Assembly (NCBI GenBank): GCA_963663225.1
Contig: OY760142.1
Coordinates: 2,656,001 to 2,720,000 of the forward strand
Source of the DNA: Nitrospirota bacterium
GTDB lineage: Bacteria > Nitrospirota > UBA9217
Direction of reading: 5' to 3'
Length of the DNA stretch: 64,000 nucleotides
Part shown: piece by piece, positions 60,234 through 64,000 of the stretch
Layout: each line of letters opens with the position of its first letter
Position numbering within the stretch: the stretch's first letter is position 1
The notes under the pieces: model-generated
Told to the model about the DNA's origin: nothing
Seen by the model: only the letters and a program-made list of their open reading frames with translations
The model's database searches: none
Program-made: the position numbers and the translations under genes

Positions 60234-61511
60234 GTGAAAGTACTTGTTATCGGCAGCGGCGGCAGAGAACACGCACTTGTCTGGAAAACGGCACAAAACC
60301 GAAACGTCAAAAAGATTTACGCCGCGCCCGGCAATGCGGGCATGGCACAACTCGCTGAGTGTTTGCCGATCAAGGCCGAGGATATTGATACACTGCTCTC
60401 CTTTGCCAAAGATAATGCAGTTGATCTCACCATTGTGGGGCCCGAAGGACCGCTGTCCATGGGCATCGTTGATGAGTTCACGAAGGCCGGTCTCCGGGCA
60501 TTCGGACCGAGCGGCAAAGCCGCGGAGATTGAGGCGAGTAAAACATTTTCAAAGAACCTGATGAAGAAATACTGCATACCGTCAGCTGATTACGGTGTCT
60601 TTACCGATCGTGCTGCAGCCGAGGCGTATGTGCGTGAAAAAGGCGCACCTATCGTTGTGAAAGCTGACGGCCTGGCCGCTGGCAAGGGAGTGATCGTCGC
60701 CGAAACCGTAGAAGAGGCGATCAAGGCTCTTGACCTGATCATGAATGATAAGGCGTTCGGAAAAGCGGGCGACCGAGTGGTAATCGAAGAATTTCTGAAA
60801 GGTGAAGAGGCATCTTTTATGGCCTTTACCGACGGGAAAACGGTCGTTCCTATGGCATCGTCACAGGACCATAAACGCGTTTTTGACGGGGACCGGGGAC
60901 CCAACACCGGGGGTATGGGCGCCTATTCTCCGGCACCGGTTGTGACAAAAGAACTGGAGCGCCGGGTCATGGAAACCATAATGGTTCCCACGGTGCGGGC
61001 CATGGAAAAAGAAGGTCGACTGTTCAAGGGAGTATTGTATGCCGGTCTCATGATTCATAACAACGAGGCAAAGGTGCTTGAGTTTAATGCTCGGTTCGGC
61101 GATCCGGAAACCCAGCCGATCATGATGCGGCTTGATTCAGACCTTATAGCGATCATACAGGCCATTATCGATGGAACGCTGGCAACCATAGACGTGAAAT
61201 GGAAGCCTGAATCGGCCGTATGTGTTGTCATGGCGTCAGGCGGGTATCCCGGTGAGTACGAAAAAGGTAAAGAGATCAAAGGGTTGGAAGAAGCGCTGGC
61301 GCATGACAACGTGATGGTGTTCCATGCCGGGACGGCATTGAAAAATGGAAGACCTGTAACAGATGGCGGCAGAGTGCTTGGCGTTACAGGATTAGGAATG
61401 GTTGTGGCCGGAGCCATTGATAATGCGTACGCCGCAGTGCGAGATATATCTTTCGATGGCGCACATTATCGCAGGGACATCGGGGCCCGGGCGCTTGAAA
61501 CAGGTAATTAG
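60234..61511 (+). CDS. purD: Phosphoribosylamine-glycine ligase
   Basis: GSGGREHAL, KADGLAAGKGV, QDHKR, EFNARFGDPE. Confidence 0.97.
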   Translation: MKVLVIGSGGREHALVWKTAQNRNVKKIYAAPGNAGMAQLAECLPIKAEDIDTLLSFAKDNAVDLTIVGPEGPLSMGIVDEFTKAGLRAFGPSGKAAEIEASKTFSKNLMKKYCIPSADYGVFTDRAAAEAYVREKGAPIVVKADGLAAGKGVIVAETVEEAIKALDLIMNDKAFGKAGDRVVIEEFLKGEEASFMAFTDGKTVVPMASSQDHKRVFDGDRGPNTGGMGAYSPAPVVTKELERRVMETIMVPTVRAMEKEGRLFKGVLYAGLMIHNNEAKVLEFNARFGDPETQPIMMRLDSDLIAIIQAIIDGTLATIDVKWKPESAVCVVMASGGYPGEYEKGKEIKGLEEALAHDNVMVFHAGTALKNGRPVTDGGRVLGVTGLGMVVAGAIDNAYAAVRDISFDGAHYRRDIGARALETGN

Positions 61512-61513
61512 CA

Positions 61514-62278
61514 TTGGAAAAAGGGACTGTAAAAAAAATCGCCTTCTTTTTAAACAAAACCCTTCAGGTCCGGAAGATACGAGATGCTTCCGTTAACGGG
61601 TTGCAGGTTCAATCCCGTAAAACGGGACCGATCACCACGGTCGGTTTTGCCGTTGACGCCTGCATCCAAACCTTCGAAAAAGCGAAAGAACGGAACGTGG
61701 ATCTTCTGGTCGTTCATCACGGCATTCTGTGGAAGCCCCGGAAGGACCGCGATCTGGAAAACAAAAGGATCGTCAGCCTGAAAAAAAGCAATATGGCATT
61801 ATATGCCGCGCATTTGCCCCTTGATCTTCATGAAGAATTCGGAAACAATGCACAGTTGGCCCGGTTGCTCGGCGTGCAGCAGCTTCGTAAGTTCGGCAGA
61901 TATCACGGCATCAAGATCGGATATGCAGGCGCATTCAGAGCGGCAACGAGCATGCGTTCAGTATCATCCCGGTTGTCCGATATTCTGAAAGCGGACTGCT
62001 GCCAATATCAGTTCGGCAAGAAACGTATCCGGTCCATAGGGATCGTCTCCGGCGGCGGAGGAAGCATGCTGGTGGATGCGGTTCAGGAAGGTCTTGACTG
62101 TTTTCTGGTAGGCGAGATCGATTTGGGTGTCTATAATGCAGCGAAAGAACACAGAATAAATTTGATTGTCGGAGGGCATTACGCGACGGAAACAGTCGGG
62201 GTGAAGTCCCTGATGCCGCTCCTTAAAAAAACATTTGACGTTTCAACCGTATTTATTTCTGATCCGAAAAAGTTATAA
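61514..62278 (+). CDS. Nif3-like dinuclear metal centre protein
   Basis: D.SVNGLQV, VHHG, HLPLD.H, GHYATE. Confidence 0.9.
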   Translation: MEKGTVKKIAFFLNKTLQVRKIRDASVNGLQVQSRKTGPITTVGFAVDACIQTFEKAKERNVDLLVVHHGILWKPRKDRDLENKRIVSLKKSNMALYAAHLPLDLHEEFGNNAQLARLLGVQQLRKFGRYHGIKIGYAGAFRAATSMRSVSSRLSDILKADCCQYQFGKKRIRSIGIVSGGGGSMLVDAVQEGLDCFLVGEIDLGVYNAAKEHRINLIVGGHYATETVGVKSLMPLLKKTFDVSTVFISDPKKL

Positions 62279-62322
62279 GTAGCGAAATCAAACTACAAAC
62301 ACAAGATAAGAAGGGGGTTATT

Positions 62323-62946
62323 ATGGTTAAACCGCTTGTTGGGATATTGATGGGCAGCGACTCCGATTTGCCGGTGATGCAGGAAGCGGCCTCTATGCTG
62401 CAGGAGTTCGGCATAGAATATGAGATGTCAATTGCTTCAGCACACCGAACGCCCAAGAAGGTGCTTGAATACAGCCAGACTGCGGAAAAGCGCGGCATCA
62501 AGGTGATCATTGCGGGCGCAGGCTGGGCGGCTCATCTGGCAGGAGTGATCGCGTCCCAGACCACACTGCCGGTGATTGGCGTACCCATGGATTCATCACC
62601 CCTTAAGGGGATAGACGCCCTCCTTGCCACGGTGCAGATGCCTGGTGGAGTTCCGGTCGCCACTATGTCGCTCGGCAAGGGTGGTGCAAAAAATGCGGGA
62701 ATTTTTGCTGCGCAAATCATTGGCACCAGCGATGTAAAAGTCGCAAACCGACTGAAAGTTTTCAAAGTTGAAATGGAGCGCGAAGTGGAGGAAAAAGCAA
62801 AACGGCTTACGTCTCTTTCTGCCGTTATTGCGCACAAGGAGCCTGCAGCCTCCCCTGAGGAAAGTCCGGTCAAGAAAAAGGCCCGCCGAAGACGGAGAAA
62901 AAAGAAAGTTGCCGGCCCGTCTTTGTCGGAAGGACAGTCGTTTTGA
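62323..62946 (+). CDS. purE: N5-CAIR mutase with basic C-terminal tail
   Basis: [34 protein letters not shown]. Confidence 0.95.
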   Translation: MVKPLVGILMGSDSDLPVMQEAASMLQEFGIEYEMSIASAHRTPKKVLEYSQTAEKRGIKVIIAGAGWAAHLAGVIASQTTLPVIGVPMDSSPLKGIDALLATVQMPGGVPVATMSLGKGGAKNAGIFAAQIIGTSDVKVANRLKVFKVEMEREVEEKAKRLTSLSAVIAHKEPAASPEESPVKKKARRRRRKKKVAGPSLSEGQSF

Positions 62947-63857
62947 AAACCAGACCCGAGTGCCTGTCATGCTTCTCCAGCCAGATAACCCGTACTCTGG
63001 CTTATGCGGATGTAAAAGACGACAGACGGCACGATATTCATCAAAAAGCGACCTCTCTCTTGGATGCTGCCGCATGCGATGAAATTCCCGCGCGTATTGC
63101 CACACGCGTGCACCGATTGCTGCGGAACGAAACCGGCGTTGATCCATACCGGCAGATCAAGGACACGTACAACCATATTGCATACAAACAACTTCCGGCC
63201 GTCCGGCATCTGGTCGATAGGGCGGCAGACCGTCTTGAGGCGGGTGTTCGGGTCGCGATTGCCGGAAATATAATTGACTTCGGCATTTTTGAAAGCGTTG
63301 ATCTGGACCGTTCGCTTGCAGACTCGTTCCAGCTCCCATTGTCGCAGGAGGAGTATCAAGAATTCTATCGGGCCGTTGACAAGGCGCAGCGTATTCTCTA
63401 TTTGTGCGACAATGCAGGCGAAATTGTATTTGACCGGGTGCTGCTGGAAGTCTTGCGCAATCGGGGGAAAAAAGTCACCGCGGTGGTCAAAGGGGCTCCC
63501 GTGATCAACGACGCAACGCTCGCTGACGCGGCCTTTGCCGGTCTTCAGGACTGTGCTGAAGTCATTGATAACGGCAGTGACGGCATCGGTACTCTGCTTG
63601 AGGAGTGTTCTCCGCGTTTTATCGATCGGTATCGTTCTGCCGACTTGATCATAAGCAAAGGGCAGGCGAATTTTGAAACGCTTGTGAATACCGGCGACAG
63701 CAGAATTTTCTTTCTGTTCAAAGTCAAGTGCCCGGTTGTAGCCGATGTGCTGAAGCGTGAACACGGCGATATCGTCTTGATGGGAGGGGAAGCCCTTTCC
63801 GAATTGCAGAACGGTACATGCGGGATCGGAATCGCACCTGAAAAAACTTTACGGTAG
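62943..63857 (+). CDS. DUF89/ARMT1-like damage-control phosphatase
   Basis: [36 protein letters not shown]. Confidence 0.9.
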   Translation: MKTRPECLSCFSSQITRTLAYADVKDDRRHDIHQKATSLLDAAACDEIPARIATRVHRLLRNETGVDPYRQIKDTYNHIAYKQLPAVRHLVDRAADRLEAGVRVAIAGNIIDFGIFESVDLDRSLADSFQLPLSQEEYQEFYRAVDKAQRILYLCDNAGEIVFDRVLLEVLRNRGKKVTAVVKGAPVINDATLADAAFAGLQDCAEVIDNGSDGIGTLLEECSPRFIDRYRSADLIISKGQANFETLVNTGDSRIFFLFKVKCPVVADVLKREHGDIVLMGGEALSELQNGTCGIGIAPEKTLR

Positions 63858-63876
63858 CCTGCAATTCTTCACAGCT

Positions 63877-64000
63877 ATGGCCCAGATAATCAGAATCGAC
63901 ACCCGCCATCCGGAACAAGCATTTTTTCAATGTCGTTCGACGCTTAATTCCGGAGGCGTTGTCGCGTATCCGACCGACACCTTCTATGGGCTTGGTGCTG
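63877..64000 (+). CDS. tsaC: Threonylcarbamoyl-AMP synthase (partial, runs off window; absent from ORF track)
   Basis: Manual translation MAQIIRIDTRHPEQ...GGVVAYPTDTFYGLGA matches the Sua5/YrdC N-terminal motif. Confidence 0.85.
   Translation, partial: MAQIIRIDTRHPEQAFFQCRSTLNSGGVVAYPTDTFYGLGA

Noticed and set aside
61564-61576. TCAGGTCCGGAAG resembling the SRP RNA core
   Set aside because: Inside the nif3 coding region and lacks the following GAAGCAGC and flanking helix.
4280-63764. Long antisense ORFs (e.g. 4280-5092, 13560-14585, 18322-19113, 26519-27484, 62967-63764)
   Set aside because: Shadows of well-supported genes on the opposite strand, with no motifs.
1-64000. Alternative genetic code (UGA = Trp/Gly) to explain three in-frame TGAs
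   Set aside because: Many genes end cleanly at TGA (989, 12608, 16340, 20273, 52266) and Trp is encoded by TGG throughout.

Overview
Gene-dense chromosomal window from an anaerobic Gram-negative bacterium (the gene set resembles Nitrospirota or Desulfobacterota; this is inference). Standard genetic code with selenocysteine recoding. 1-17.8 kb is a formate-respiration and metal-cofactor island: a 5'-truncated di-haem peroxidase-like gene, modA, modB with an in-frame UGA, modC, an FmdE-zinc finger-MoeA-like fusion, fdhE, two Tat-exported Sec-containing FdnGHI operons (both split at the Sec codon in the ORF track), a sensor-less ModE-type wHTH regulator and fdhD. The island shares a TATGTC-N6-GACATA palindrome (3 strong copies) and an identical 18-bp sigma-54-type promoter (2 copies). 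Next come htrA-tatA/B-tatC-mobB-hemL-atpZ-atpI, a split CbcL-like nine-haem/cytochrome b pair with a divergent c7 trihaem cytochrome, livMGF-truA, rpmB, a TetR-TolC-RND-MacAB efflux cluster, a tandem class II aldolase-like gene, degP, addAB, trxA, tlpA and tRNA-Gly(CCC) with a possible decayed islet. The end holds a degenerate cobS plus cobC, a TPP riboswitch with thiSGEC-M23-thiD, rph, a GDT1/TMEM165 transporter, larE, purD, nif3, purE, DUF89 and partial tsaC. The best lead is a possible Mo/W/Se-coordinated switch between two formate dehydrogenases. No CRISPR, rRNA or intact transposase was seen. All family calls come from motif recognition by eye; no searches were run.
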